Positions 1-11,522 of a stretch of 64,000 bases of DNA are shown here, piece by piece. The translations under genes were made by a program, and so were the position numbers. How positions within the stretch are numbered: position 1 is the first letter of the stretch; each line of letters begins with the position of its first letter. Source of the stretch: Octopus sinensis (taxonomy: Eukaryota). The notes under the pieces were generated by a model. It searched no databases, had not been told where the DNA came from, and worked only from the letters and a program-made list of their open reading frames with translations. Location of the stretch: contig NC_043000.1 of the NCBI RefSeq assembly GCF_006345805.1, forward strand, positions 11,718,001 through 11,782,000, in the 5' to 3' direction.

Positions 1-37
1 AGCACCGTCCATTGGACGCGGGGGGGGGGGTGCTCGT

Positions 38-38
<1 letters not shown>
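1..38 (+). mobile_element. Probable Helitron 3' terminus (element continues off the left edge)
   Basis: Hairpin CCGTCC-att-GGACG followed by GCTCG/T (degenerate CTAG) abutting a (TACA)n tract; same hairpin type as the minus-strand end at 4885-4914. Confidence 0.4.

Positions 39-89
<51 letters not shown>
38..89. repeat. (TACA)n/(TA)n microsatellite
   Basis: Direct reading. Confidence 0.95.
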
Positions 90-360
90 CAAAATGTACT
101 TTTAAGAATTTGCTGGACAGTGTAGGCATTCATAATTGTTTTCTTGTTGTAAAAGTTACATACTCAAGCTAAATCAATAAGCAACGTTCTTTATTATAAG
201 TATAGATGCATATGAATTTATTTACATTTTCTTAACACAGGTACTGCCTCAGCACTTTAGTTAATTAACAAGCATTGCCAAGGAATTTACTGATATGCAA
301 TGAGCAAAAGCAGTGTCTGCCACTGAACACTTTTTCCGAAAGTAGATGTAAATTACTGTC

Positions 361-434
361 TCCTAAGAGTGCTTATTTCACCGGATGAAGTAAGCACTTC
401 TGATGAGCCGGTAAAACCAGGTGAAACTTGCGGA
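361..434 (+). ncRNA. Type III hammerhead-like fold lacking the cleavage dinucleotide
   Basis: Stem I hairpin 368-380/386-398; CTGATGA 400-406; stem II GCCGG-taaaa-CCaGGT; GAAA 423-426; stem III TCCTAAG (361-367) pairs with CTTGcGGA (427-434). Confidence 0.55.
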
Positions 435-577
435 TTGTTTTTGTCAGTTCAATATGTATAGAGAATCCTGTGGTTCACACCGTGATTTAGATTGCCAAAG
501 CCTATAAAAGGTATATGAATGAATGAATTTACACCTATGTCATGCTTGTGAATTTAAATATATAAGAATGTGTCTTT

Positions 578-700
578 GCGTGTGTGTATGTATGTATGTA
601 TGTATGTATGTATGTGGATACATGTGCTTATATGAGTGTTTGTGTGCGTGTGTGCGTGCGTACGTACGTACGTGGTGTGTGTGTGTGTGTGTGTGTGTGT
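578..700. repeat. Compound (TG)n/(TATG)n microsatellite
   Basis: Direct reading. Confidence 0.9.
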
Positions 701-1039
701 GAACGAGTATAGGGGGGGCCATGTGTTCGTGTGGCAAATGTTCGTGTGGGTGTGTTTTCCAAGATGAAAATGCAACGAGCGATTGGCGATCGGCAGAGAG
801 AAGCGTGATTTAAGAAGATGAGACACAGTGTCTGTTGCTGTAGGGGTGGGGGGGGGTATTAGAAGAGTAAGAATGGCAGGTGATGGTGGGAGGTGGCGGT
901 GGGGGGGGGGGAAGAAGGCGAATGATACGTTGCCAAAAGACATAGACAGACGACACAGAAGAGACATCTTGTGAACTGAATAAACTGGAAAGACCAGCGA
1001 AGGAAACGCAGTATTACTATTCATAATCAGACTCACTCT

Positions 1040-1137
1040 GTTCTCTCTCTCTCTCTCTGTTTCTCTTTATTCCACTCACAGACAAATACAAACACACACA
1101 CACACACACGCGCACGCACACACGCACACACATACAC

Positions 1138-1177
<40 letters not shown>

Positions 1178-1750
1178 ATATATACTTATGTAGAGAGAGA
1201 GAGAGAGAGAAAGAAAGCGAGAGCGGAGATTGAGAGAGGCATACATACATACACACATACGTACGTAGGTACATACATACACACACATACATACATACAC
1301 ACACATACATTCATATATACATACATACATACATACACACATACATACATACATACATACATACATACACACACACATACATACATATATACACACACAT
1401 ACATGCATACATACATACATACATACATACATACACACATACATATATACATACATACATACATACATACATACACACATACATACATACACACACACAT
1501 ACATACATACACACATATATACATACATACATACATACATACATACATACATACATACATACATACATACACACATACACACATGCATACATACATACAC
1601 ACATACATACATATATACACATACATACATACACACATACATACACACATACACACATGCATACATACATATATACACATACATACATACATACATACAT
1701 ACATACATACATACATACATACATACATACACACATACATACATACATAT
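1040..1750. repeat. Long compound (TC)n/(CA)n/(TA)n/(GA)n/(TACA)n microsatellite array
   Basis: Direct reading; explains the overlapping MYVC/HTYI pseudo-ORFs. Confidence 0.95.
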
Positions 1751-1931
1751 TTGACAACCGATGCTGGTGTGTTTACGTCCCCGTCACTTAGCGGTTCGGC
1801 AAAAGAGACCGATAGAATAAGTACTGGGCTTACAAATAATAAGTCCCGGGGGTCGATTTGCTCGACTAAAGGCGGTGCTCCAGCATGGCCGCAGTCAAAA
1901 TGACTGAAACAAGTAAAAGAATAAAAAGAAT
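1751..1931 (+). mobile_element. SINE family A, 3' half
   Basis: TTGACAACCGATGCTGGTGTG...GACTGAAACAAGTAAAAGAAT, near-identical to the 3' halves of full copies (e.g. 13760-13945). Confidence 0.9.
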
Positions 1932-1974
1932 ATTTACGTACATATCTACTTTTCTTTTCCTTCTGTTTTCTGAC

Positions 1975-2291
1975 ACACTGGTCGGTTACGATGGCGAGTG
2001 TTCCAGCTGATCCGATCGACGGAACACTCAGCTCGTGAAATTGACCTGCATGTAGCTGAGCACTCCCATAAACACGCATACCTTTAACACAGTTCTCAGG
2101 GAGATTCAACGTGACACAGAATGTGACAATGCTGGCCCTTTGAATTGCAAGTACAACTCATTTTTGCCAGAAGAGTGAACTGGAGCAACCTGAAATAAAT
2201 GTCTTGCTCAAGAACACAACGCTCCGCCGGGAATTGAGCTCACGACCTTATGGTCGTGCGCCGAATACCCTAACCACTAAGCAAAGCACCT
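1975..2291 (-). mobile_element. SINE family B2 (tRNA head, CORE-like middle, family-B 3' tail)
   Basis: Reverse complement matches 27347-27660; 3' ~170 nt shared with family B. Confidence 0.8.
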
Positions 2292-2458
2292 TGGAAAACT
2301 ATCCTTTGAAAAACCTTAGGAATCTCCAGTGACTGTATAAATACCAGAAGCGAGATTTTCGCTCCATGTCTGCATGTTACAAAATACATCTTAGCGGAAA
2401 TTAAGAAGAAACCATCAGGCATATCACAACATATTCTATTGTTGGTTTATATCATTTT

Positions 2459-3510
2459 TGTTAGTTAGTTAGTTAGTTAATTTGGCTCAAAAGCAAATAG
2501 CAAGGCCATGTAGGGGGACATGGAGTTAAGTACAGGGTGGTGTTCATGTAAAGAGTTCAGGCCACTTGAGGTCCAGGGAGGCTTTGAACAAAGCGGTCGT
2601 CGGCATCTTCACCATCTCGTCTGGCAGCTTGTTCCACGGATCCGCAACCCGGACGGAGAAAGCTCCTCTCCTTCGATTGAGATGAAATCGTCGCAGGTAG
2701 AGCTTTTCGGAATGACCCCGCAGCCGACGCTCCGGAGCAGGAGTGAAGAACAGCTCTTTCGAGAGGTTACACTTCCCGCTTATGATGTTGTGGGCGAGAA
2801 TGAGATCCCACGGCGGCGGCGTTTTTCAAGAGAATAAAGGTCGAGCGTCCTCTGCCTTTCTTCGTAGGACAAATTTTTGAGACCATGAACCATGCGGGTA
2901 GCCAGCCTCTGGACTCTTTCGAGGTGCTGTATGTCTTTGAGGAGATAAGGAGAAGAGGCTTGAATCCCATACTCCAATATGGGTCTCACCAGCGTGACAT
3001 AGAGTGGCAGGAATATGGCTGCTGTGAGCATTCCGAATGACCGTCGAATCAAAAACAGAATTCCGCGCGCTTTGTTGCAGCATGGACGCACTGGGCCGAA
3101 GGCGAAAAGGAGGAATCCACCAAGATACCCAGGTCCTTTACCTGATCGGTCCTCTCCAGCAGCAGACGACCGGCTCGAAATCAAGTTGAGTTGCAGGAGT
3201 AGAGCCGACAGGCAGATGACAGCACTTTGACACGTTCAGACACAGGTCCCAATCGTTAGACCACTTCCAAATTTGGTGGAGGCATCGACGAAGATCCTCT
3301 ATACTACCGCGAGGAGCGACCAGTTTGATATCGTCGGCAAATAGAAGGGTGTGTTGCGTGAGGTCGTCGGGCAAGTCATTTATGAAGACTAAGAACAACA
3401 AGGGCCCAAGCACTGAACCTTGAGGCACGCCACTGCTCGCACTGGAGACGTCGGACCGCGAACCATTAACTTGAACTTGGAAGGAGCGATCTGAGAGGAA
3501 GGCATTCATT
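2459..3510 (-). mobile_element. 5'-truncated CR1/L2-group LINE: RT C-terminal half, 3' UTR, (CTAA)n tail
   Basis: ORF 3138-3509: SGVPQGSVLGPLLFLVFINDL...LFADDIKL (RT motifs); ORF 2780-3184: LYVTLVRPILEY...LERVQRLATRMV...YEER...LEKRRRRG (CR1 C-terminus); frameshifted; tandem GTTA tail at 2460-2479. Confidence 0.92.
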
Positions 3511-3699
3511 ATATTTAGTTTGAAGTTAATTATCTTGATTTCTCTGTCTTTTTTTTTTTTCTAAATGCTCATGCTCATTCAAGCATCAACTGCAGCGAAA
3601 GCAGTTGCTAAACCGTCTTGTTTTTAAATACAAGCTCAATATATGGCAAAATAAATTAATATTACGGCCAAGAAACCCTGGGGAGCTACATTTACTGCA

Positions 3700-4060
3700 G
3701 AGTTGTCTTTTCTGCAACTGGCATCGTGTATTGCTGAAACAGTAACATTATGTCGAGGTTTGAGTTTGTAATTCGATGAAATTTTTGACAGTTGCTACTT
3801 ATGTGCCTTATTTCATTTACAGTAGAGTGACATAATCCACACTTGCTGTGGTATTTTAGGATTTTAAGGTCTTCGCTGACTGTTTTGTTCATGAGACTTT
3901 TTATAGACATCTTCTGCTCTTATATTGCAAAAATTTAGCTTTCAAGATGTGACGTTATACAGAGTTCACGAGTTTAAAAGTGACTAGATTTCATATTAAT
4001 ACTGTCATCCTTGTCTAGTTTACGAGGAAACACGATTGCATAACTTTTTTTAGTAGTATG
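3700..4060 (-). pseudogene. Decayed fragment of an RLE-type (R2-group) non-LTR retrotransposon, zinc-knuckle region
   Basis: ITSHLES*IFAI*EQKMSIK...KCGLCHSTVNEIRHISSNC resembles the EGxIxAIQEQ and CxxC...H...C segments of such elements; in-frame stops. Confidence 0.55.
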
Positions 4061-4781
4061 TAGAGTGTTTCTTCTCTAGGTCTTTGCTAAGATATGCAAG
4101 CCCTGTACGCATGGAGCTTAAGGGAAGCCATCAGAAAGGGGATGTTTCTTGAGGAGCTCGCTGCCGACCTTACAGGATGTACACACACACGCACACACGC
4201 ATACATATCATGCCACATTACTTCATACCACACACCATACAATGAGAATCTGGCTGTTGACCCTGAGAAGGATGTGTAATACTTAACTCATCATTCGGCT
4301 GACTAACGGATGACTTCATATTTTAGGTGCTGGGAGGAGGGTTTACTAGAATCCATTGTTGGTCTGTTTGTGGTCTTAGTTGATAGTATTCTAAATAAAA
4401 TAAAATGATGGCTGGTTTACCATTTTCATTCCCATTATTGCTGTGTGTGATTTTTGTGCGCGCGCGCGCGTATCTGTCTGTCTGTCTCTTTTTCCTCCTC
4501 ATACATGCATATGCATGCATGTGTGTGTGTGTGTGAGGGGGGGGGCGTTGAGAGATTTCATATGGTGTGAAACGCAGTTAAATGAAAATTATTCTCATTC
4601 TTGTAAGGGTGTTACAGTGGAATAATGTTATTTATTCAAAATTGGATTCTGCGTGAATCGCTGCTTGGTGTTTCTCATAACTTTTTTTTTCAAACGACTG
4701 GCGTTTTTTGCTATATATTTACCAGGTGACGCTCAAAATGAATATGGAGGAGTTTCCTAGTTTCAGAGGTATTATAGTGAC

Positions 4782-4816
<35 letters not shown>

Positions 4817-4917
4817 TGTATGTATGTATGTATGTATGTACGTATGCATATATATATATATATATATAAATACACACACACACCCCAGCAAACACACCCG
4901 TCCTTTGGACGGTGTAA

Positions 4918-5313
4918 TCTTTATATATAAAAGTGAGGTTGTGTGCTGTCTGTCTCCTACGATTTAGATTCCTAACTACTCCCACATTTTGCGGTGCAGT
5001 TTAACCAAAAGCGGGTATCTTATAGTCGTGATTCATATCGAGCCCTTCTGGGTATTAGCGCGCGTCTACGATGAGTCTACGATTTAAAAAAATTTACCAT
5101 CATTTTTTCCATTTTATTGCATTTTTTCGCTATTATATAAGGGAAGTAACTCTCTAAAAATGTCTACGATGAGTCAACGATTTAAAAAAAATTTACCATC
5201 ATTTTTTTCCATTTTTAATGCATTTTTTTGCTACTTTTTGGTTATAACTCTCTAAAAATGCTTATACAGTTATTTCCCTTACAAACCCGAGCAACGCCGG
5301 GCGATACTGCTAG
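4918..5313 (+). mobile_element. Non-autonomous Helitron (5' type X, 3' type P)
   Basis: A|TC start; CCCGAGCAACGCCGGG hairpin then CTAG|T end; no TSD; internal ~90-bp direct repeat; homologous to 20102-20776. Confidence 0.9.
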
Positions 5314-5893
5314 TTTAATATAATGGCGTACTCATTTGGACGGTCTAAGTTGAATTAGCCCGCAGCTGGAGGTCATTTCAAGTTGGTAAACGTAAAATGT
5401 ATAGATACCAATTTCGTTAGCAATTTATTATATGGTATTACGCAACCTGGGTAATGAATAAAGCTTTCTGAACTCAAATTTGGCAGTTAGTAATAAATGA
5501 AAGTCCATAAAATGAGATCGCAATTGCAGTAGGCATTGGGGATCCTGTTATCCTACCTGAAGCGTTTTGTAGCATTTAGTTGTTTTACTCGTAATGCCTG
5601 ACAACCACATTGAAGCTTTTCTCAATGAAAGTCATGTATGACAAACAAAAGCAAGCGTTTAATAGCAAACACACAAATAGAATAATGGCATGTACAAAAA
5701 TAAATGTCAGAGCACGCTTGTGAGCGAACAGCGTGCGTGAAGTAAGAAGGGTCACTGAAGGTAATGTACTCTTAACAGCAATCACGGAAATGAAGCAAAA
5801 TATCAATGAAATGCTTGTAGGAAGTCTGATTGCTAACGGCTACAGTTTGGCATAGATGTGAAGATTGCAGTAGATGAATAACCTACTGTAGGG

Positions 5894-6410
5894 CTACTTT
5901 GTAGATGACATTCTAGTTTTTCCTTCAGGAACATAGATGAATAAGTAGTCTAGATGACCAACTCTGGAAAAACCGACGCAGAACTGTCCATGAGGAAAGC
6001 AACACGTTCGAAGGTTCAATCCGATAACTTTCAGCGATTGACCTTGTGCTTTGTTAATTGTCATGGCGAAGCTGAGTTTGAAAGGGAACTGAAGTCTCCG
6101 CATAAAGTAGGGACAGTCTGATGGGGTTAGCGGAATTTTGGGAATAAAAACGGTATCGTTTTTGGCGTGTCCTGTGATAATTTGGGCTTCAATGGTGTGG
6201 TCCGTCATTAGTTTGACCACAAGGCGAGTTTCATTGCATGGTGTGGGTGCATTTAGATTGCGTAGGAGGATGACAGGACAACCGGATTTTAAGTGAAGTT
6301 CACGGGGAGAGAGTCCTGGAGGATGTTGGGAGTTGAGAAATTCTGTTGGAAAGTGTGTAATCTGATAAAGATCGGTAGCGGTGTCAACTGATCTGAAATA
6401 ACGTTGATGT
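5894..6410 (-). pseudogene. Helitron RepHel Pif1-like helicase C-terminal fragment
   Basis: FPTEFLNSQHPPGL...LHLKSGCPVILLRNL...CNETRLVV...FIPKIPL...RLQFPFKLSFAMTINKAQGQSL...FPHGQFCVGFSRV. The reading frame extends upstream of the listed ORF start. Confidence 0.93.
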
Positions 6411-7099
6411 GGAGTGGAGAGGCAGGTCTACACAGGCGACCGCTGGTCTTCCATAAACAATCTTGCCCAGACTTGTGCCTCGGAGGGTAACTTTCTAGAA
6501 GCAATCCCATGGTCATTCATGACCGAAGGAAGGAGTCTTTATCAATCAAGTAGTGACTCAATCAATTGTACGTACTCTAACACAACCCCTTCCGCATATT
6601 TATTACTTAGTAAACCAGATTATGTCTCTTCATGCTTAAAGGTGACGTGCGATTGTTTTGGATTTTTTTCCATTCGTATATACACAACATCAGGAGATCT
6701 TTATTGGCAATCCCACAATTGGACGGTGAGATCGTGTGGTTAAGATGTTTGTTTTGCAGATGCGAAATTCCAGGTTCGATTTCACTGCGCATCATCTTGG
6801 TCAAGTGTCATGTGCCATAACCTTGGACCGACATCAGCTGTGAAACTAAGTCGAGGGATAACCCGTCTGTCTTTTGGAGTGTACCAGTTCCTGGAACGTA
6901 AATTTAGCACAGAAGTAGAAACACGTGTCCACAGCAGACCTCTTTGTTTCTATAAAAAGCAAACACTTTTCACTGATAGTATATCCTTTCCGGAGAATAC
7001 TTGATTGTTGAGAATATTTCTCATTCACATCCGGAACCGGTGATATTTGTCACCAGGCATTTGGTTACCTTCTCATATATCGCAGTGAAATGAGTGAAA
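6405..7099 (+). repeat. Local ~690-bp duplication, copy 1
   Basis: Colinear with 8070-8765, roughly 90% identical by eye. Confidence 0.92.
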
Positions 7100-7310
7100 G
7101 GCCGCCATTTTTTTATTACATACAAGAGTTATTTAAAGCTACATGATAAATCTAGACCAGTCCACTTCGTCAGACATTCCTGTATTGACTCACCATCTAC
7201 TCATAAGTCCTGTATGTAATATGAAATATATGACGGTTGTCCATCGAAACGTACGTAGTATTACTTAAACTTATCTGTTTTTTCATTAATAATGTCAACA
7301 TGTATAAAGA

Positions 7311-7511
7311 CAGCGAGTTGGCAGAATCCTTAGCACGCCGGGGAGGATGCTTAGTGGCATTTCGTCCGTCCATACATTTTGAGTTCAAATTCTTCCGAGG
7401 TCAGCTTTGCTGTTCATCCTTTCGGCATTGATAGAATCAGTACTGGGGTCGATGTAATCGACTTACCCCTTCCCTCGAAATTGCTGGCCTTGTGCGAAAA
7501 TTTGAAACCAG
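7311..7511 (+). mobile_element. SINE family C (C2 3' variant)
   Basis: GCGAGTTGGCAGAATC head; TTCATCCTTTCGG central domain; ends GGCCTTGTGCGAAAATTTGAAACC. Confidence 0.8.
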
Positions 7512-7512
7512 T

Positions 7513-7516
<4 letters not shown>

Positions 7517-7556
<40 letters not shown>

Positions 7557-7615
7557 TGTGTGTGTGTGCGTGCGTGTGTGTGTGAGTATATATATGTGTG
7601 TGTGTATGTGAGTAT

Positions 7616-7705
<90 letters not shown>

Positions 7706-7710
7706 TATGT
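7517..7710. repeat. (TG)n/(TA)n/(GATA)n microsatellite
   Basis: Direct reading. Confidence 0.95.
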
Positions 7711-7955
7711 ACCACACTATATTGATGGAATGCAATCTCTGAGTAGGAGCTGATATAATATTGGTAATTTCTTGCTGCTGTTGTTTTCTCTAAACATTTC
7801 CTTGATCAATCAGACCTATGATCATGTGACCAATCCGTCATTTTGAATATATATTATCTCATATTACATGATCTAAGATGCTCCATATTGTTTTCGTAAG
7901 ACGTGGGTGGGAATGATATTTGAGAGAGTTTTGGCTGCCATTTTTAACAGGTCTA

Positions 7956-8203
7956 TGAGCAAGACACTTTATTTCATGTTTCTCCTGTTCACTCATCCAT
8001 AGAAATGAGTTGTGACGTCACTGGTGTCAAGTTGTATTGGCCTTTGTCTTTCACTTGGATAACATCGGTGGCGTGGCGTGAAGAGGCTGGTATACACAGG
8101 CGACCGCTGGTCTTCTATAAACAATCTTGCCCAGACTTGTGCCTCGGGGGGTAACTTTCTAGGAGCAATCCCATGGTCATTCATGACCGAAGGAAGGAGT
8201 CTT
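7956..8203 (+). mobile_element. SINE family D, head-less copy (B2-like middle, different 3' tail)
   Basis: TGAGCAAGACACTTTATTTCA...AAATGAGT shared with B2, then a distinct tail ending GGTCATTCATGACCGAAGG. Confidence 0.6.
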
Positions 8204-8765
8204 TATCAATCAAGTAGTGACTCAATCAATCGTACGTACTCTAACACAACCCCTTCCGCATAATTATTACTTAGTAAACCAGATTGTGTTTCTTCATGCT
8301 TAAAGGTGACGTGCGATTGTTTTGAATTTTTTTTCCACTCGTAGATACACAACATCAGGAGATCTCTACTGATTATCCCACAACAGGACGGTGAGACCGC
8401 GTGGTTAAGATGTTTGTTTTACAGATGCGAGATTCCAGGTTCGATTTCACTGCGCATCCTCTTGGTCAAGTATCATATGCCATAACCTTGGACCGACCTA
8501 AGCTATGAAACTGAGTCGAGGAATAACCCATCTGTCTTTTGGAGTGTACCAGTTCCTGGAACGTAAACTTAGGCACTGAAGTAGAAACACGTGTCCACAG
8601 CAGACCTCTTTGTTTCTATAAAAAGCAAACACTTTTCCCTGATAGCATATCTTTTCCGGAGAATATTTGATTGTTGAGAATATTTCTCATTCACATCCGG
8701 AACCGGTGGTATTTGTCACCAGGCATTTGGTTACCTTCTCATATATCGCAGTCAAATGAGTGAAA
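8070..8765 (+). repeat. Local ~690-bp duplication, copy 2
   Basis: Colinear with 6405-7099. Confidence 0.92.
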
Positions 8766-8774
8766 CAAATAAAA

Positions 8775-8803
<29 letters not shown>

Positions 8804-8809
<6 letters not shown>

Positions 8810-8857
8810 GAAAAAAAGCAGTACAAATAAAGATAAAAACAGTAAAAGACAGGACAA

Positions 8858-8956
<99 letters not shown>

Positions 8957-9024
8957 TGTATGTATATATATTTGTCCTGTCTTTTACTGTTTTTATCTTT
9001 ATTTGTACTGGGATTTTTCTTCAT
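8804..9024. repeat. ~55-bp inverted repeat flanking a (TA)n tract
   Basis: CAGTACAAATAAAGATAAAAACAGTAAAAGACAGGACAAA (8819-8858) is the exact reverse complement of 8971-9010. Confidence 0.9.
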
Positions 9025-9394
9025 TTCTATTGCTTTTACATCCTGTTCTTATCACGTTTTTTACCCCTCCGCAAAAAAAATTTATTTAATTCATTTTGCG
9101 GGAAGGACTGCTTCGGAGTGGCCGTGTTCTGCCCTTACCTTCGAAACACGCATTGAGTCGAAACAGGGACAGCTGAGGAAGGGGAATGTTCCTTGTATTG
9201 TTTGTCTTGTACTCTGTTTTTTCGTTGTTAAAAAAAGTCCGTTTCCTTGTTTGATTTTATGTTTTCGTTTCTCGTTGTGTTCTACGTTTATTTGTGGTGT
9301 CCTGTACTCATATATGCATGTATATATACATATAGATGTAGGTATGTACATATATGTATGTATGTATGCATATGTTTTATTTATTAAATTGTTA

Positions 9395-9431
<37 letters not shown>

Positions 9432-9432
<1 letters not shown>

Positions 9433-9675
9433 GAGGGTGAGTCAAAAAGTAATGCCATTTTGTTTAGAATAGCTATAATTACCAACACAGGAACATGTAC
9501 CATACATCAAAATGAAGCTGGTCCTCTGTGGATCACATCCCTACATCTTAACATAGTCGCCATTTCTCTCAATAGCAATGTTCCATCTTCGAATAAGAGC
9601 AAGTATCTCTGCCCCGTAAAATTCTGTTGACTGTTCTTTGAGCCACTTCTTCAACAGTTTTCACTCCCTCGTCAC
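9432..9675 (-). mobile_element. mariner-type transposon 3' end (TIR plus transposase C-terminus)
   Basis: TIR CGAGGGTGAGTCAAAAAGTAATGCC; minus strand reads KKWLKEQSTEFYGAEILALIRRWNIAIERNGDYVKM*. Confidence 0.8.
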
Positions 9676-9726
9676 TGGATTATCATCTCTTCGACCCCAT
9701 GAAAGAGGGTTTGAGAGGCAGACATT

Positions 9727-9863
9727 ATTACCAGCCACATGGTACCGGGTTCGATCCTACTGCGTAGCAACTTGGGCAAGTGTCTTCTACTATAGCCTCG
9801 GGCTGACCAAAGCCTTGTGAGTGGATTTGGTAGACGGAAACTGAAAGAACCCCGTCGTATATA

Positions 9864-9896
<33 letters not shown>

Positions 9897-10132
9897 GCAT
9901 GTATGCGTGTGTGTGTGTTTGTGTGTCTGTGTTTGTCCCCCCCCCCCAACCATCACTTGACAACCGATGGTGGTGTGTTTACGTTCCCCGTAACTTAGCG
10001 GTTCGGCAAAAGATACCGATAGAATTAGTACTAAGCTTACACAGAATAAGCCCTGGGGTCGATTTGCTCGACTAAAGGCGGTGCTCCAGCAGGGCCGCAG
10101 TCAAATGACTGAAACATAAAAGAATAAAAGAA
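9727..10132 (+). mobile_element. SINE family A (slightly 5'-truncated) with internal microsatellite
   Basis: B-box GGTTCGATCC; CORE-like CTTGGGCAAGTG; internal (TA)/(TG) tract; AAAAGAAT tail. Confidence 0.9.
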
Positions 10133-10145
10133 TATCTATCTATCT

Positions 10146-10356
10146 ACTCTTTTACTTGTTTCAGTCATTTTGACTGCGGCCATGCTGGAGCACCGCGTTT
10201 AGTCGAGCAAATCGACCCCAGAACTTATTCTTTGTAACCCTAGTACTTATTCTATCGGTCTCTTTTGCCCAACCGCTAAGTTACGGGGACGTAAACACAC
10301 CAGCATCGGTTGTGAAGCGATGTTAGGGGAGGGGGGACAAACACAGACACACAAAC

Positions 10357-10387
<31 letters not shown>

Positions 10388-10467
10388 TACGACAGGCTTT
10401 CAGTTTCCGTCTACCAAATCCACTCACAAGGCTTTGGTCGGCTCGAGGCTACAGTAGAAGACACTTG
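10146..10467 (-). mobile_element. SINE family A, 5'-truncated, tail-to-tail with the previous copy
   Basis: Reverse complement of the family A consensus. Confidence 0.9.
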
Positions 10468-11070
10468 ATATATATATATAGTCGTTATGTGGGTGGTGAG
10501 CAACAGTGCACGTGCGCGTGTGCATGCTTGCATGTGTATTTGTGTATAAAACATGTCTAATAATACAGTCAGGAGACAGGCCAACTGCTGACCCAGTTAG
10601 GCATCGTACAATAGTACAATATCTACTTCATTCGTACATAAAATATAACTTTTTTTTGTACTCTATGCTGTCCCTACTATGTACAATTACGGAAAATCCA
10701 GGAGGGTAAGGACCAGACTATATTACAAGGAATGTGACACATGCGAAACCGAAGACTCGGTCTTATGAAAAGGATAATATTTTTGTTGTTATTGTTGCTT
10801 TTTTTGCCGATATTAGCATATAAAATGTGGTTGCAGACGTTAGAGCTATGTATACATCCGCGTGCGCGTATTCACGTACACTCATGTGTGTGTGTGTGTG
10901 TGTGTGTGCATGCGTATCTGTGCATGTGTGTGTGTGTGTATTAATGAAGTGGGGCTTAAATATGAAAGATAAGATTAAAACTTCGAACGAAAGGCAGTAG
11001 AGCATAAGACTTTTAAGTGATATGAGAGTCGCGGGTTCAAGTCCCTCTGTGAGGTCATTTATTTTAATTA

Positions 11071-11415
11071 GCGCAGTTGTGGCTGTGTGGTTAAGAAGCT
11101 TGCTTCCCAACCACGTGGTCTTCGTTCAGTCCCACTACCAGGCCAAGGCAGCGCATTGAGAGGTTTAATAGAAATTTGGTTGACGGAAACTGAAAGAAGC
11201 CCCTGTGTGTGTGTATGTGTGTGTGTGTGTGTGTTGTGTGTTGTATGTTGTAAGTTGTGTGTGTTTGTCCCTTAACAACCGTTGTTGGTTTGTTACATCT
11301 CCGTAAACCAGCAGTTCGGCAAAAGAACTCCAATAAAATAAGTACAAGGTTTAAAAAGGGAGTACTGAGGTTGCTTTTTCGACTAAATCATTCAAAGCGG
11401 TGCCCGAGTATGGCC
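11071..11415 (+). mobile_element. SINE family A, diverged
   Basis: GTGGCTGTGTGGTTAAGAAGCTTGC head; GACGGAAACTGAAAGAAGCC; 3' half recognisable. Confidence 0.75.
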
Positions 11416-11522
11416 TTTGATGTATTATTTATGTGCATTTAGTTGCTTCAGGTGCAGTACGTATTCATGGATGGGTAAAACCTTGAGCAAAGCTGCATAG
11501 GAATGTCTACACTGGATGAATA

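Larger units (their letters stand above)
4885..6410 (-). mobile_element. 3' remnant of an autonomous Helitron, interrupted by a non-autonomous Helitron
   Basis: Pif1-type helicase C-terminus at 5894-6410; minus-strand hairpin CCGTCC-aaa-GGACGG plus ...GCTGG (degenerate CTAG) at 4885-4914. Confidence 0.6.

Noticed and set aside
540-2109. Long ORFs of 150-307 aa (MYVC/HTYI repeats), and similar ones at 16157-17020, 19432-20114, 35307-36079 and 52061-52658
   Set aside because: Translations of microsatellites that lack stop codons; no protein signal.
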